Assembly (NCBI GenBank): GCA_963924565.1
Contig: OZ004608.1
Coordinates: 16,306,001 to 16,370,000, forward strand
DNA length: 64,000 nt
Source of the DNA: Ascidiella aspersa
Taxonomy: Eukaryota
Reading direction: 5' to 3'
In this document: positions 23,401 to 36,900 of the stretch, piece by piece
How the letters are laid out: every line of letters starts with the position of its first letter
How positions within the stretch are numbered: position 1 is the stretch's first letter
The notes under the pieces: generated by a model
What the model was told of the DNA's origin: nothing
Databases searched by the model: none
Seen by the model: only the letters and a program-made list of their open reading frames with translations
Translations under genes and position numbers: made by a program

Positions 23401-26400
23401 CGAGGTCACGGAAGCAAGGGGCGCGAGCGAGCAAACAAAAACAATCGGCGCTGCAGTCGCAGGTGCTGGGGCGAATAGATTGGACAAAACAACCGCAGCA
23501 GAGGTGAAGTGGGAACGTAACCGATAATGATGACGCAGCACTACGGACAGAAACCTCCATTGTGCGTGCTTACGTCAACAGCAGAGGGGTCACAAGTTTA
23601 ACGAGGGCAAGGCGAAACGTCTTAAATTTAAGCAGACAAATATATTTTTTAATTGTTGTAATTCAGAAATCGTTTTGTAAAAGGCAAGCCGTATTAAAAT
23701 GTCAACTCATTTTGATCAGACAGTTTCGTGTAGCACTTATAGCCGTGGTGGGAAATTCCTACAAACGCTTGAAACACTATGTAATCAGCAATCACGTCAA
23801 AACCGAAAATTCCCTTCAGCTAAAACGGACGCAGTTTGTCGCAGCCCGATTTGTCGATGACAATCAAGTCACGCAGCAAAGAGGCTAGGGTTGGGCTTAA
23901 AACGTTGCCTGTGCAGCCGCAGACCTCTAGAGAAACGTTTGACTATGACAACTGCAATAGTCGATCCCTCCCACGGGCGCAACGTGCAAACTCCCCCATC
24001 CAACGCTTCGATCGCCGAAATGTCGCCGTTCCGCCTTTCGAGGAGCGCGGGCTTCGAAGGCGCGCAGGACAAAACAAAGGGCGAGAACGGAAATATCATG
24101 CACATAATCCCATTCCATTTCCGCGTTGAGTAAATAGTAACTATGGGGTCAGGCGCCGGTCAAACAGGTGCCCGCGAAAGAGCGCGCGGCGCCGCCGAAT
24201 TCTGCTGGCGGCCGACGAATGAATCGATCATGATTTTCGCGTCCCGTGTTGTAACCCGGGCTGTAGTCGCTGTTCAACGCGCAGTGTGTGGAAGTTCGCG
24301 ACGGGGTTAGAGCGAGACACTTGATTTGCATTAAACGGATGAGTGTAAATCGCAATGAGGCCTTTTCGGAGTCTTGGCCGGTCAATGAACTCTATCGGAT
24401 GAGTTAGAAGCGCCCTTTAAATTTACTGCTATTAAATCGCTACCCGACAGTGCGCCTTTAAATCGCTCACGTGGTAGATAATAATTAATTGTTTATAATA
24501 GTTTAAATAAGTTTTAATTTGTTCAATCTGCAACGGGGAGAGTGCCAACTTTTGTGAAATGACCGTTTAGACAAAACCTAAGGCGAGGTTTCGAACCGGC
24601 AGAAAAATTCCGATCGGGTGAGAACGCGACCGCCGCTATCGCCACGTTTCTTTGTACGAGAGTGGACCGGAGCTGCCTTATGATGGGTTGGCTTTGTTCT
24701 GCGTCGAGTTGCGCCGCCGCAGAGACCTGCAATTAGCCGACCGTTCGGGTCACGACTCTGTACTTTTACCGCCGCGAGTCGCACTTGCTCGAAAGCTTAC
24801 CGAGAAACGGTGGCCTAATCCGCTCACACTTACACACTGACCCGTTCAACCACCGAATCAGATACAGGTCACGGGCATTCATATAAAAATCATTTTCTCC
24901 TGACGTACTATCCTAAATACGTCGTTTGTTTCATATTTTTGCCTCGCTAATCGAGTTTCTTTAAACGCTGACGTAGCTTTTTCTGGGTTTAGGTGGGCCA
25001 AATTTAGAACAAATATGCAAAGTGGTCAATGCTTGAAATACTTAAGAGTCCAACCAAAAAAGGAGAATATCTACTAACGAATACAGGAGAATATCTGCTT
25101 ACGAATATAGCGAATATTTGCTAATATGCGCAGTTCTGTCTCCAAAAGCAGCTACAATCTTAGAGTTACCGAGCGATATTTTACATAACACGGCCCATGA
25201 AAAGGAAACTGATTTACGTCAAAATCGCTCTTGGCTCTGAGGACCCGTTGTACATGTGCAACTGACGTCATTTGCGCCATGGAATACACGGGCGTGAAAG
25301 GCGCGCAACAATTGAAAGGTCTTTCAAACCGAGCGGTATGCTAATTCCGCCATGCCGATAGACAATGGTAATGACACTTGAGATTCCGACTACGCGCGTC
25401 ACCGGTCCCATGCATCACACTCTCGCTTCCACTGCCGGGAAATCGGCGCCGGGCGTCGTACACAGAACGTAGGACTAATTACGTTTCGTTGGCTCGTTCA
25501 TCTCGATTAAAGTGAAACTATTTAACTGGCGGTTTACGGCCAAAATCGATTGCTGTGATTTAAATACAACTGGCATTTCATAACAAAGCGCCCTCTAAGA
25601 GGATTGTATAAAACATTTTTTCAACCGAAAAGTATATTTGTTATCCACGCTTACCTCCATAAACCAAGCCCAGGTTTCGCCAAACATTGGGTATCCAAGA
25701 TCTCCAGGAGGAAGGGGAAGATGCGCCAGGGGTGATGACGGGTCCTCCGCCGAGCGCAAAATACGACGTCGCCACCAGATGCAGAGGAGTTGCCAGAGAA
25801 TGGTCAAAATCAGGACACCGGTGAGGCTCCACAACATCACAGAGAAGAACCAAGAAGCGGCCGCTTCGAGGAAGGAGGAGTCCTCCGGAAGATTTACCGA
25901 TCCCCCATTGACACCCAGTGGCGTCGAGTTGAGTAGAGCGTCAGAGGATGAGTCAGATGATGCCGTAATCTCCTGTTGCTGCTTCGAGATGATCACCGAC
26001 TTTTCAGTGGCTCCACTCGCCGACAGAAGATGCCATTCTTTGGAGTCGTTTTTCTCCTACAAAAACATTCGGTTTAGCATTTTGGGATTAATTTAATTCT
26101 GCCTTCTACTATTTCTTTAAGCTATTTTAAGGTGGATACTTAAGAGCCTTTAGTGTACACGCAATAAACGTGGTAAATGCTTCAAGCAGCAAACTGCTAA
26201 ACAACGTTTCAAGACAAAAGTTTTTTAAAAAATAGCTAGACATTTCCTTCACACAATAACTCATTGTTCCAGCACAATTGCTAATCAATAATCTCTCAAA
26301 AAACGCTTGAAGACGCCACATCAAACACATTTCTTTTCGAGCCATGGGCAAAAGTAACCACCAAATCAAGAGCTTGGTCACCCCATCACTCGAGATCAAC

Positions 26401-26649
26401 CGGGAGGCACATTCACACGTCAAATCAACGACTCGGCGGGTATGATAATTACAAAAGAGAAACTGCTTTTGGCCGTACCAAGTAGGCTTGTGAGGAGCCG
26501 GACCACATCGATGATTGCGCTGTTACGCTCATGGGCACTTCGGCTGAAACATTCACTCCTGTATCAACTTGTATGTCGAAGTAGGAAGACGCAAGCTTGG
26601 GCACAGCTGAAGCGACGCTCTGTAAATCCGAATTGACTTGCGGATACAT
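17434..26649 (-). CDS. CYP26: Cytochrome P450 family 26 (retinoic acid hydroxylase), about 674 aa, 9 coding exons
   Basis: Minus-strand exons 26649-26479, 26056-25655, 22914-22807, 22387-22196, 21139-20939, 20867-20692, 20336-19910, 18217-18084, 17647-17434, all GT-AG and phase-consistent. Motifs LPLPPGDLGYPMFGET, RRKKYGKVFKT, EHDKVTTDWP..LGELTVANSTG.MH..RRK (CYP26-typical), I-helix ELMFAGHATT, ExxR (KETLR), YRIPKGW..Y.I.DTH, PDRF, heme motif FGCGPRVCLG. Exon 1 is less certain than the rest. Confidence 0.93.
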
Positions 26650-26703
26650 CTGTATGTTTCGCTGCTACTGGCTGTTAATAGTTGAAAGCAACCCGAACGG
26701 AGG

Positions 26704-26764
26704 CTTTTTATTGGCTCTAATCACGAGCGCTTTTTTTCTTTTTACTTCGCTGCACCTTTGACCC
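26704..26764 (-). promoter_or_regulatory. Putative CYP26 core promoter (CCAAT/TATA-like box plus DR1-like site)
   Basis: Minus strand CCAATAAAAAG (26714-26704) about 55 nt upstream of ATG 26649; GGGTCA-A-AGGTGC at 26764-26752; in-frame stop 15 nt upstream of the ATG. Confidence 0.5.
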
Positions 26765-27569
26765 TGTTTCGTTCTGTTGCTGAGTCGCGATCGTTAAAGA
26801 CCTCGTTTCTGACCGCCGAGAGAGGTGAAGCTAACGCTGTGAGAAACAACTGAGGTGCGACGATGAGAAAACTGCAGCACGTTTAATATTTCGCGATTAA
26901 GAATACGGCGGCGAAAAAGCCTTCGCACTTTTCTTTTTCCCAGGACTACAGCGAGGTGCGTCTTCACAGGCAACTGGCGAATTTAATCTGCGCGAGAGAG
27001 CCCGCGGGTCCTATTATAATGACGCAAGAAAAAATCGCTGCACGGCGTTGTCCGAACCGACGAGGCTTGGCACACGTGCGTTTTCATTGCTAGAACGGCG
27101 AGAGAGAGAGGGTTGCACTTTTTCCTTCGCGAATCTGCTCATTAACCGCTTTTGTTTCGCTCGATTTGTAGCCGTTATTGCTCACAACTGTTTCATTGCG
27201 CTCGGTCACAACCTTTCGGTGAACCCGCGCTCGCGCCCTGCTCGCCAGAAAATCGCCCTTTTGTGGCCAACAAAAACAAAGGGCGCTTAGGCACGGTAGT
27301 GGTCAGCCTTTGATCTCCTGCGGAAAGCAACTGACCGATGGCGACGATTTGGCGTACGGCGCGAAGTTCGTAACAAACGTAAATCGCGACCTTGCCTGTC
27401 CTGTCTTTTGTCGTAAATCACTTGGCTTTGAATGGTATTAACAAGCGACCGCTGGTCGGCAAGCCATAAATTCTCGCGACAGTCACAGGGGCTCGTAACA
27501 GCAGCTGTATACGTTAGCGTTTGACACGGTGAAGCGCGCTCTTTAACAAATATTTGATTTCGGTCATCT

Positions 27570-28628
27570 TGAACCCTGATTCACCCCGCCACCGGAACTG
27601 TACGCAATGTAATGTCAAACAATGTCGAAAAGCAAATAATTGATATCGGTAACAAGTCGTTTAACCCAATATGAACTCTCGAAGATTAAAATACGAATGC
27701 GCTTTGTTTGCTTTGAAAAAGTTACACTGTACTGGCGCTATCACAACTCGCTTGCTGGGATGGCTGGCGTGGCCTTTCTGTGACCTCGATTGCTGGTTTT
27801 TGCGCAAGGGACGCGCCCCACCTGACGGCGTCACGTGATCACAGATAAGGGTGGAGACAAGGCGCACTCGGCCTTCGTGTTATCAAAATGTACACAAACA
27901 GATTCCGCTGGATGTTCTGAAGGGAAAACAAATAGCAGAAAAAGTATGGACAAAAACACGAAACAAGGCTGAATGGCAATGGACACCAAGACTATATTGA
28001 GAAAAGAGAGAAGTGTAACCCAGCTGCTGTAACAAAATGAAGAAGCATCGTTATCAGGCGCGCCTCGGCCAACATCAGGTTCTAATCGGGATCGATCACC
28101 CGCAGAAAGCCGCGATTGGGGAATCTATCATCAATGCGAGCAAAGGTCGTCGGGCGACTAGTCGGGGCACGGCCTCACGCTGACCCCACCTTTGGCCGAC
28201 GCGTTTATTTAGTTTTCACTAAGCATCGCAAAGAATAATATTTAATAACTGGCTCGTGAAAATGTTTGCATTGCTGTTGTCGACGTCGGCGTTTTTTCGC
28301 AAATGCGCTATCGTCGACAAGAAGGAAACACGCATTAAGTTTCCCCTGCCGCCGCTGCGGTCGTTCGAGCTTCACTAGTAAACAAGCGGCTTTTTAACGG
28401 TAGGCAATGAACCATCGTTAACCCTGGATTGACCGCCGATGCTCGCGTTTTGTGATTGCGGTTTTGTTCGGTGCCAGAAAGTAAGATGGCGGAAGAAGCG
28501 AGAGCGTCGCGTTATTTTTGTGGCATTTCGCGGCGATCGAATGCGAGCGCGACCTGACCGGGTGAGATCGACGCAGCGAAAGACGAGCTGCGAAAGCAAC
28601 GAGGCAAAGTGGGGTGAAGGCGCGGTCA
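27570..28628. promoter_or_regulatory. Proximal DR5 RARE candidates 1-2 kb upstream of CYP26
   Basis: TGAACC-ctgat-TCACCC 27570-86; TGGCCT-ttctg-TGACCT 27770-86; TGAACC-atcgt-TAACCC-tggat-TGACCG 28408-35; 2-mismatch DR5s at 28170-86 and 28612-28. Confidence 0.6.
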
Positions 28629-30487
28629 GCGGCTGAGAACCTTCATCCACGATCGACCGGAACATGAGAGCGGACGCCGCTTTCGATTCTTATCGTCGCC
28701 GGGCCCGACAATCACTTGCGACCTCGGCCATTTCCCATCGAACACCTTATGGGTTTATCGGCAGCCTCGCAAAATGTAGACGCGACGACGGAAGAAATTG
28801 AACCACAGGGTTTAAAAGGACGCGCGAAACAACTCCCGTCGTATTGCCCGACCTTCTTTTTCCCAAAGATTAGGCGCAACAAATCTAGGAACGCATTTGA
28901 TGAGAGTGTGGAGTAGGCTCGGAATACACGGTGGTTACGGAGCACTCGATGCAATACATTACAATTGTTTTTTATACAAATAAAATATTAAAGAAACTTT
29001 ATTTTCTTAACTATGTAATCCTTATATATTTGATCAAGCGCTTTCTTTAATTACAGTAACAGGTTTACAGAAACAACAAGACTTATCAAATGAAAAGTTT
29101 TAAATGCAGTCCAACCGTATCGCAAAGGTTTAAGCCATTAAGAGCTTGATCAGGGGTACCATGTACGGTACATACTCGAAAACATGTCAGGTCAGGTTTC
29201 AAAATGCAAGCAAACCATACAAAGGCATTGTATTCGCATCGCAGAACGGTCTCGCAACTGTGGGAGTATGTCTGGAACCGGTCGTCAGCACAATGCATAT
29301 CAGGTTCGGCGTCGGATTATCGAAATGGTTGGCGTGAGACAGCAATTACGCCGATTCATGCTGTTTCAGGGACCTCGTCCTTTTCTGACGTCACGTAATC
29401 CGATCATCACTTAAAAAACTGAAATAATGAGGCGTTTGAAAAACAAGAGGTCGGTGATCAAACGTGGTTATAGATCGCACCAAAAATGTGCTGCAGTAAG
29501 GTGTGGTGGGGAGAAGCGATTTCGCTTCAAGAGTCAAACCGGCACTTCAGTTCTACAATCCGAGCGTATTTTGCTGACATGTCAACAAGCGCAGTTCCAC
29601 TGCCTCAGCTCGTCTTCTGTGCCGAAGTAAATAGTTCTGTGAATTATGTTTTCGTGGGTTGTGAACTTTTGGACTGCGCGAGGTCGCTGAACGTGTACGT
29701 ACACGATTTCCAGTTCAAACAAAACGCGTGGCAGCTTTAACGTCAAAATTTCCTCGCTCTTAACCGAAAGCGTCCAAGTTAAAATATTTCAAATTGTTTT
29801 TTTACGCATTAGTTAGTGCCGAAGTTTTCCGTTAACGCACAACGCGTCTTGTGTGAACCAGGATTAAGAGAATAAGATACTTGGACCGCAGCACACATAT
29901 TCCAGCTTTACGGGTTATTCGATCTATTTTTCTGTTATGTTTAATGTATTTTGTTTTCTAGTTTTTTTCGCGTAAAGCTACGGCTTTCCAGTTCTTCTAT
30001 AATTCCGATGCCGCGGGAGCTTGTATACGTTTTCAGCAACAGCGAATACGTTGGAAACTTGAGAGCGCCAACATTAGTAAGCACATTCCTGGGGCAAGAA
30101 GTTATGCTCTCGACCTGGGAGAGTTTATCCAGCTCGGTTTGTTTACTGAGCTTCGCGTGTGCACGGAGTCACATACACGTCACGTGACGTATCCAAGTTC
30201 TACAAGGCAAACTTTGCATGACCCGGTGGCTTCTCCGCGCCCACAAGCTTTACACGGGTTTCGAGTCCAAAGATGTTATCCCCACCACATCACTGACCGC
30301 AATCTCTTTGGCCGTTGCGTAATCCACGCCAGCGCGAACTTTATAGCTCTGTCACGAGAGCGATTAAGTTGGAACTTTTTCGATTGCGCAAAGTGGGGAT
30401 GAGATGCGATTTGGGAATAATAAAACTTTCCTATAAGCCGACGAGACGCAGTATAGCATAACGGGGTTACATTAGTTTGAGGAATTA

Positions 30488-33400
30488 GGATCAACGTAAG
30501 GTCACGGAAAGTTTGGAGTTCATTTCCTAAGCAATCAACATATGAAGATGGATTTGTTTGGACGGCGATTTTGGCGTTTTCCCGAAAGATGAAAACACTT
30601 GGCCTTTCGGTTACACTAATTTCCGTCTTTTAAATGGTAATCAAAAAAATATTGAAAACACAAATAGTTCTTACGTCAACCAACTAACGACAAAAGTGCA
30701 CAGAAGGGGCCGATAAAACTACATTGGTATAGGATGGATTACGCTATTTACTCTGTGGCGCGTTCCACTAGAAATAAAGATAAGTGCAGACCAATCGTCC
30801 CCCGAAATAACTTCCGGTGAGGTGAAAAGTTTAATCGCGATTTTGCGGCCTTTCGTCGCTGCCATAAGCATCTCTCGCGTTAAGATTGAAATTCGATAAT
30901 AGGTCGCCACCGCGTTTCGCGCTTCGCCTGACAATTTCCGAGAAATATTTTGCGAAAGTCGGAGAGAGACGATATTCCGACCGTGTCACAGCTGTGTTGG
31001 TAATTAAATAACTTCTGGCATGTGGACAAACAAGCCAAACCTTCTATAGGTGCAATGGCGGATGGGAGCGGCATTGATTAACGTTCGCTGTTTCTGCTGC
31101 GCCGAAGGTTTATTATCATTCACCTAGGCCTCGGCTGTCTACTGGGTTGCTAATCGTTTTCGGCGAGCGCTTTTTGCAAACTCCGTCGGGGGCAAATTCT
31201 GTTGAACTTTAGGTGGCCCGATGCAGCTTGCTGAAAATTGTTTACATTAGCAAGCAGACAGTCGAGCGGCCGGGGCAAAAAAGGTGGAGACTGCAAGTTT
31301 ACACAATATTCAATCTAATGCACGCTTGGCCACGAGTGCAGACCTTGGTTGTTTTGCAGCACTCGATCGATACGTGGGGGTAATTGGCGGATTTTATAGA
31401 GATTTTGGTTTTAAAACCTACAACGTCCCTGTATTTACTGATGAACAAAACAGCGAATATCAGAATGTGTTAGAAATAGTTTCAATTTGCCCGTGTCCAC
31501 CAAACTTTACTATTCAACCAAAAAAATCACACAATCTAGGCCTAATATTAAGTGTCTTTTGGGAAGAGCGCTAAACATAGCTCAAAATTCGTCATCATAA
31601 TTAACTCAAACAACAACAATAGTCAAGGCATGCGCAAAAACCTGCAGTTGACGGTCGCAAAAAAACGGCTGTTGCGACGAGCCGTGTTTCAACTCAATCG
31701 CAGAGAAAATACTTGAATCTGAGCCGTAGAATAAGACAAATCTACCACTCACAGACTTTCGCTGAGTGAAAACCTAATTTCTGTATTTTTTTTGTTAACT
31801 AGCTAACATTACCGCATTGGATCAATTGAAAAATATAACAAACCAACAAAAGGCCACCTCATGTGAACTGTTATTTGCAAATATATACAGAGTATAAACA
31901 GAAAATCCCAGTCGCGGTATCAACAAGATGTAGATAAGATTACTACTCGACCTTCAAAAAGACTTAAGGAGTGGAGGCCCAAAATAACTTTGCGTTAGTT
32001 GTTAATATATCTTAACGTTATAAGCAGATTTACGCAGTCTGATTAAGGCTTGTCAGGTAGCTACTTTACATATACATAACAGATCAAAATAGTGACCATT
32101 TGGCCTACACAAGAATGCAGGTGGTGTGACTAACCTATAAACAAATATTGTTATCATCGAACGCGCGCCCGTAACAAATTGCATTTAAGATTGTGAAATA
32201 TAAACAAATGTCGTAGGCCTAGTAAAAGACCGAGTATATTTAAAATACAAAATTATATAAAATAATAATACTAATTTGTACGCGAAAACAAATAATAGAC
32301 TATAGCCAGAGGACACCAAATTAAATTTTAAAAGTGAATTTACAAGGAATTTTATTTTGTTAAAAATTCACTTACAGTATAATATATAATTAGCATACTA
32401 AGTAGATTTAATATGCTTTTGAATGGCCAGGTGCGCCAATATAACCACACTAAGCGATGTTTTTGAAAGTAAAATTGTTCCTTAGGAACCAACTGTATAT
32501 GGCCTCCAATAATGCGGTGACCGTTATTTCAAAAAAACAAAATTACACACTAGTTAGTTTTCAGGCGCTTTAAAAAAAACAATAAATGAGGTTTGGCTGA
32601 TTGGGCTGTTTTATTGCGCATGTCTGGTGGTCTTATACCGCCGCAAAATGGCACTTTCATATAAGTTCACGCGGCCTCTAGATCAGGTGGCCGTCCAGCA
32701 TACGTGCCAGACAACATACCGAGCAAGACGGATGTCGGTCTGAGTCTTTCCGGGAAAACAGCTTCAAGAAAGCGTCGCACCAAAGCCGGTATAGGCGCTT
32801 CGATCGGCCCAAGCGCGTGAAATTAACTCATTAGCTTGAGCTAATGGGCGCGAAATTGCAGGTTCCGCGGAATCGCTCGCAAAAGGCGGCACGCGCCTAT
32901 GAGTTCGCCGCGACCGGGTCAATTCGTTTTTATCTGCTTACAATTCCAAACACGCGCTGCGAGGCGAATCCAGGGTCAATGTTGGAATTAGTTTTCTCCC
33001 GTGTCAGGAGCCGCAAACGCTTTTCGATAACATCGCCGCGTCTTCTTAAGTACAAGGTTCAACCCAGGGTTAAAGGATGAGCCAGTGTGGTGGTACGCTT
33101 AACATCGTCATCTGTTTTTACCTCGTAACCGACCTCAGAACGTGTGTTTAAGATCGAGTTATGCAAATAAAATTCAAATATAGCGATTCTTCTGCCAATT
33201 TTAAATTCTGTGTTTTAAGACAAATAAAGTAAAAAGTGGCCAGGAACGCCTGACTTAACCACCTGTACCATTATGCAAATCCAAACTTGAATTAAAAACG
33301 CAAGCGTTTGCAAAAAGTTACATTAGGTGTTGTACTTTTAATTCTAAAGCATCCTGGAATATTTCCGACACTAGTGATTTGCAACCACAAGATGACGTGC

Positions 33401-33909
33401 GGGAGCAAGCCAGATATCCAGTGACTGTGCGACTTAGTCGCGTCTCGAAAAACCGTCACGTAATTGTGAAAATACAATAGGCTCCGTTGGCCTATAAGTG
33501 AAGGCAGTGGAAAGGCTATCTGCAGCGTAACCGTGACCTCAGCACAACAGCACTGCAATGCACGTCACTACAGGGCACAACAAATGTGCATGCGACAGGT
33601 TTCCTAAAACTTTTCATTGACTGACCGCAAGCAAGACTGGTCAGCGACCCGACGACGAAAGTTCAACGCACTAGACTCGTGATCTGTAGAGGTCAGCCAA
33701 AGGAAAGACTGAACCGGCGATATTTTTGTTGCCAACCGCAGATATTAGCGGCGACGAGAGCCAAAACGTGTTCGATTTAAAGCAGTTGCGCTAATTGGTT
33801 CCACTTAAAATCGACTGCAGTACGATTAAAATCCCCAGCGTCAATTTGAAGACAATCTGTCAATTTATTATTCATATGACTGTTTGACCCGAAAAAAGGG
33901 TCATGACCT
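30488..33909. promoter_or_regulatory. Medial nuclear-receptor element cluster
   Basis: DR5s at 30488-504, 31203-19, 33056-72; three perfect half-sites TGACCC-n7-GGGTCA-TGACCT at 33885-909. Confidence 0.58.
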
Positions 33910-36900
33910 TCTGTATATCCTAAAACGAATTAACACCCTTCTATATAAACGACATCCCACTGTTACCCTTAATATATTTTTAAAAAAATGTTTTAAAGCT
34001 CTTAAAATCCTAACAAATATTGGCAGTAGGTGGTTCTATATATCGCTTATCAGCTTTAATCGATCGAAAGTATAACGGCTACCAAACTTGTTCAGTCTAA
34101 CCTGTTAACTTGAAAACGGAAGCATTCAATCAATATTATATGAAATCGATTCTAAAATCGATTACAAAACCTCGTGGCAATGTTTTATCGCTTAACTATC
34201 GATCAAACGACAAAGCGAACACACAAAGGCGGAACGGGAATGCCTGGCATCAATGGATAAAGGTAAATTTAATGCTGAAGCAATATTTAATTTCTTAAAA
34301 TGTTTGTTGCTTGCTTGGATGTGTCACTTATTTTGATGCAATCATACGATAATTAAACAAACAATTAATGTATAGTGCTACTTGTAAATATATATAGGAT
34401 GTATTTTTCATTTTTATGTTAGTGTTTTAAATTATTAAAAACACAATAAAACATTGCACGATGCCAATAAAATATAGTATCAGAACCGAAAACAGATACG
34501 AAGTTTTGCCTAAAATTACCACTCCGTCGTATAGTAGAAATTTAGCAATGTCATATAGTAAGCATTTCAATTTATATTTTAAAGTCACCGTAAGTGAAAC
34601 CGTCCCGTGTTTTTTATGATTTATCAAATAATATTAATTAAGGTCAACTTAATAATGTAAGTTTTTGTATCGGATTAAGGTGATAAATTTTACCAAGTTA
34701 TCGGATTTTAATATCGGAATAAAAATAACTACTGGATGTCCTTTCCGACAACAGCTGTGCAGCCCACTATACGTATCCGGTTAATCATCCAAAATAATTA
34801 AAACATTATTTTAAAATATAAACAAAGGTTATTAAGTATATAATTGCGCCGTTTTAAAAGAATAAAAATATGCAGATACATTTTAGTATTAGCAGCTAGA
34901 GAGTTTACAAGGCATTTGCTCGAAGTTCGACATAACAACCTTTGTTCAGCCGCATTTAGACACGACATATTACTGCTCGAAACAGCGCTTCACCATGTTT
35001 AACGAGGCCACACTTTTCGAGCCAAGCAAGGACAAATCGACCGGCGCTCACCTGGTTAAACAAGAATTCCATTACTCGAGTTTCACGTTAAACGCGCCTG
35101 CTGAAGACCGTGCTTGCTTTCACGGGCAATACACATCCACTTGTGCGGTGTCGATACCATAAGCTCTAGCGATGAGACCGGTACAGCGTTTACGGCGTAT
35201 ACTACGAAAAGGGCGCGACAAGGCCTGCGCTGACGAGCGAGGTTTCAGAGAAAATCGGAAGGAATTCGTTCGCAGGGGGGATGCATATATCGTCGCAAGC
35301 CCAGCTAATACGGGAAGCCTGGGTTAACGCAGAGTGCAGGCGGCGGCGTTGACAGTGCGCGGTCGGGGATAATATACGTCCAATGTGCCGAGGCCACGGT
35401 TGTTATCGAATAATCGATGGGAGACGACGGTGCGCTTCATCACGGCAGGATGCTCAATTGTTTCGCGTCGCGTGGTTGCCACCGCGCGCGCGCGGATGCG
35501 ACAAGACCCTCTGTGAAACTCGCGTCAATAACCAAGTAAAACTGAGCGGCTTGTTAGAGTAAGAGACGCTTGTGACAAACTCGAAGTCTCGCAAGTCAGC
35601 GGAGCCTTTGTTGCGTGCTTTAGCTATACGCCACTCGACTTGCTAGTTTATATACCGTTGTGTATGTGATATCAAAGCGTCTGCAACGCATCTGCTGGAC
35701 GGCCACCTGAAATCGATTAAACCCAAAGATTTCCGTTGAAAAACTTTTGTTTGGTCTTTGTAATATGGTACAAGATTACATCCAACTTAAACGCCTGGTG
35801 CAAAATATATAATAGGGTTATGCAAAGATTCGGGATATAGCGGATCAGTTAAGTGCTAAACCACACTGGTTTTGTGAATCGTGGGACACTTGAGCATGTA
35901 AGCCTCAACTTCTTGGCGCGCGCAAGTCGGCGGGGCAGCGAAGCGCAGAGGGTGAATTTGCTTGTTCAGCGATGACGCACTGGACACGATTGATTACGAC
36001 AGCGGACGCGAGCTCCTGGTTGGTTTGAACAAAGCGAAATCCGAAGATGCCGTGTCAAGTTTTGTTGGGAAAGGGGCGTGCGGCTTGTCAATGGTATTCG
36101 GCTGGTTGAGTAGCACGTGAGAGATTGCTCGTTGACTGCCGGCCTTTTATTAGGAAGGAAATGAACACAGCGATCCCCCGTAACGGTATCTGGTTGCGAG
36201 GTATAGGTGAGATGTTGTGTGTACTTTAAGCGTTCACCGATATATAATGCGGACCGTGACAAAATACCACCGAAACACAAAAGGACCCGCCGAAAGAGCG
36301 CGCAACCACAAGAGAGCACTTTTCCGGATTAATGTCAGGCGGGCGATTTATTTGGACCGGCTTATGTCGGTTTCGTTACGACGAGCCGCAAATATCACAA
36401 AACGAACGTAGGAAGCAAAGCTATCCGGCGGTTAACGCGCGAACAAAGTATAAAACCCCAATGAATGGCGCATTAAGACATATTGCCGGGCAGCGCGTCT
36501 GCACACTCCATCGTAAATTCGCGAATGAGACACGCGTGACATCCCTGGCCTTTATCTGACCTACAACATCGGATTATGTTCTTTATTAACATTCTTTTAG
36601 TGAAAATATCCAAAGCGATTGACTTTTGACAGATTTATTGTCGCAGTACAGTAAAAAACAGCCACACCCCCTTGCTTTACAAGTCCACAAAAACCTTTCC
36701 AAAATATAACAGTTGGAACAGGAACAGAAACACATTACACTTTTAGTAAGGGACAATAAATTTGAGAAAAGGACAGCTTTCACGCACCATCAAGAAACAA
36801 TGATGTCACAAACCTTCATGTTTACCCAATGCCACAGGGCGCATCCGCCATGAAAAGTCTAATAGGAAACGCTGGTTGTGGGTAAGGTGTCCTTTGGGTG

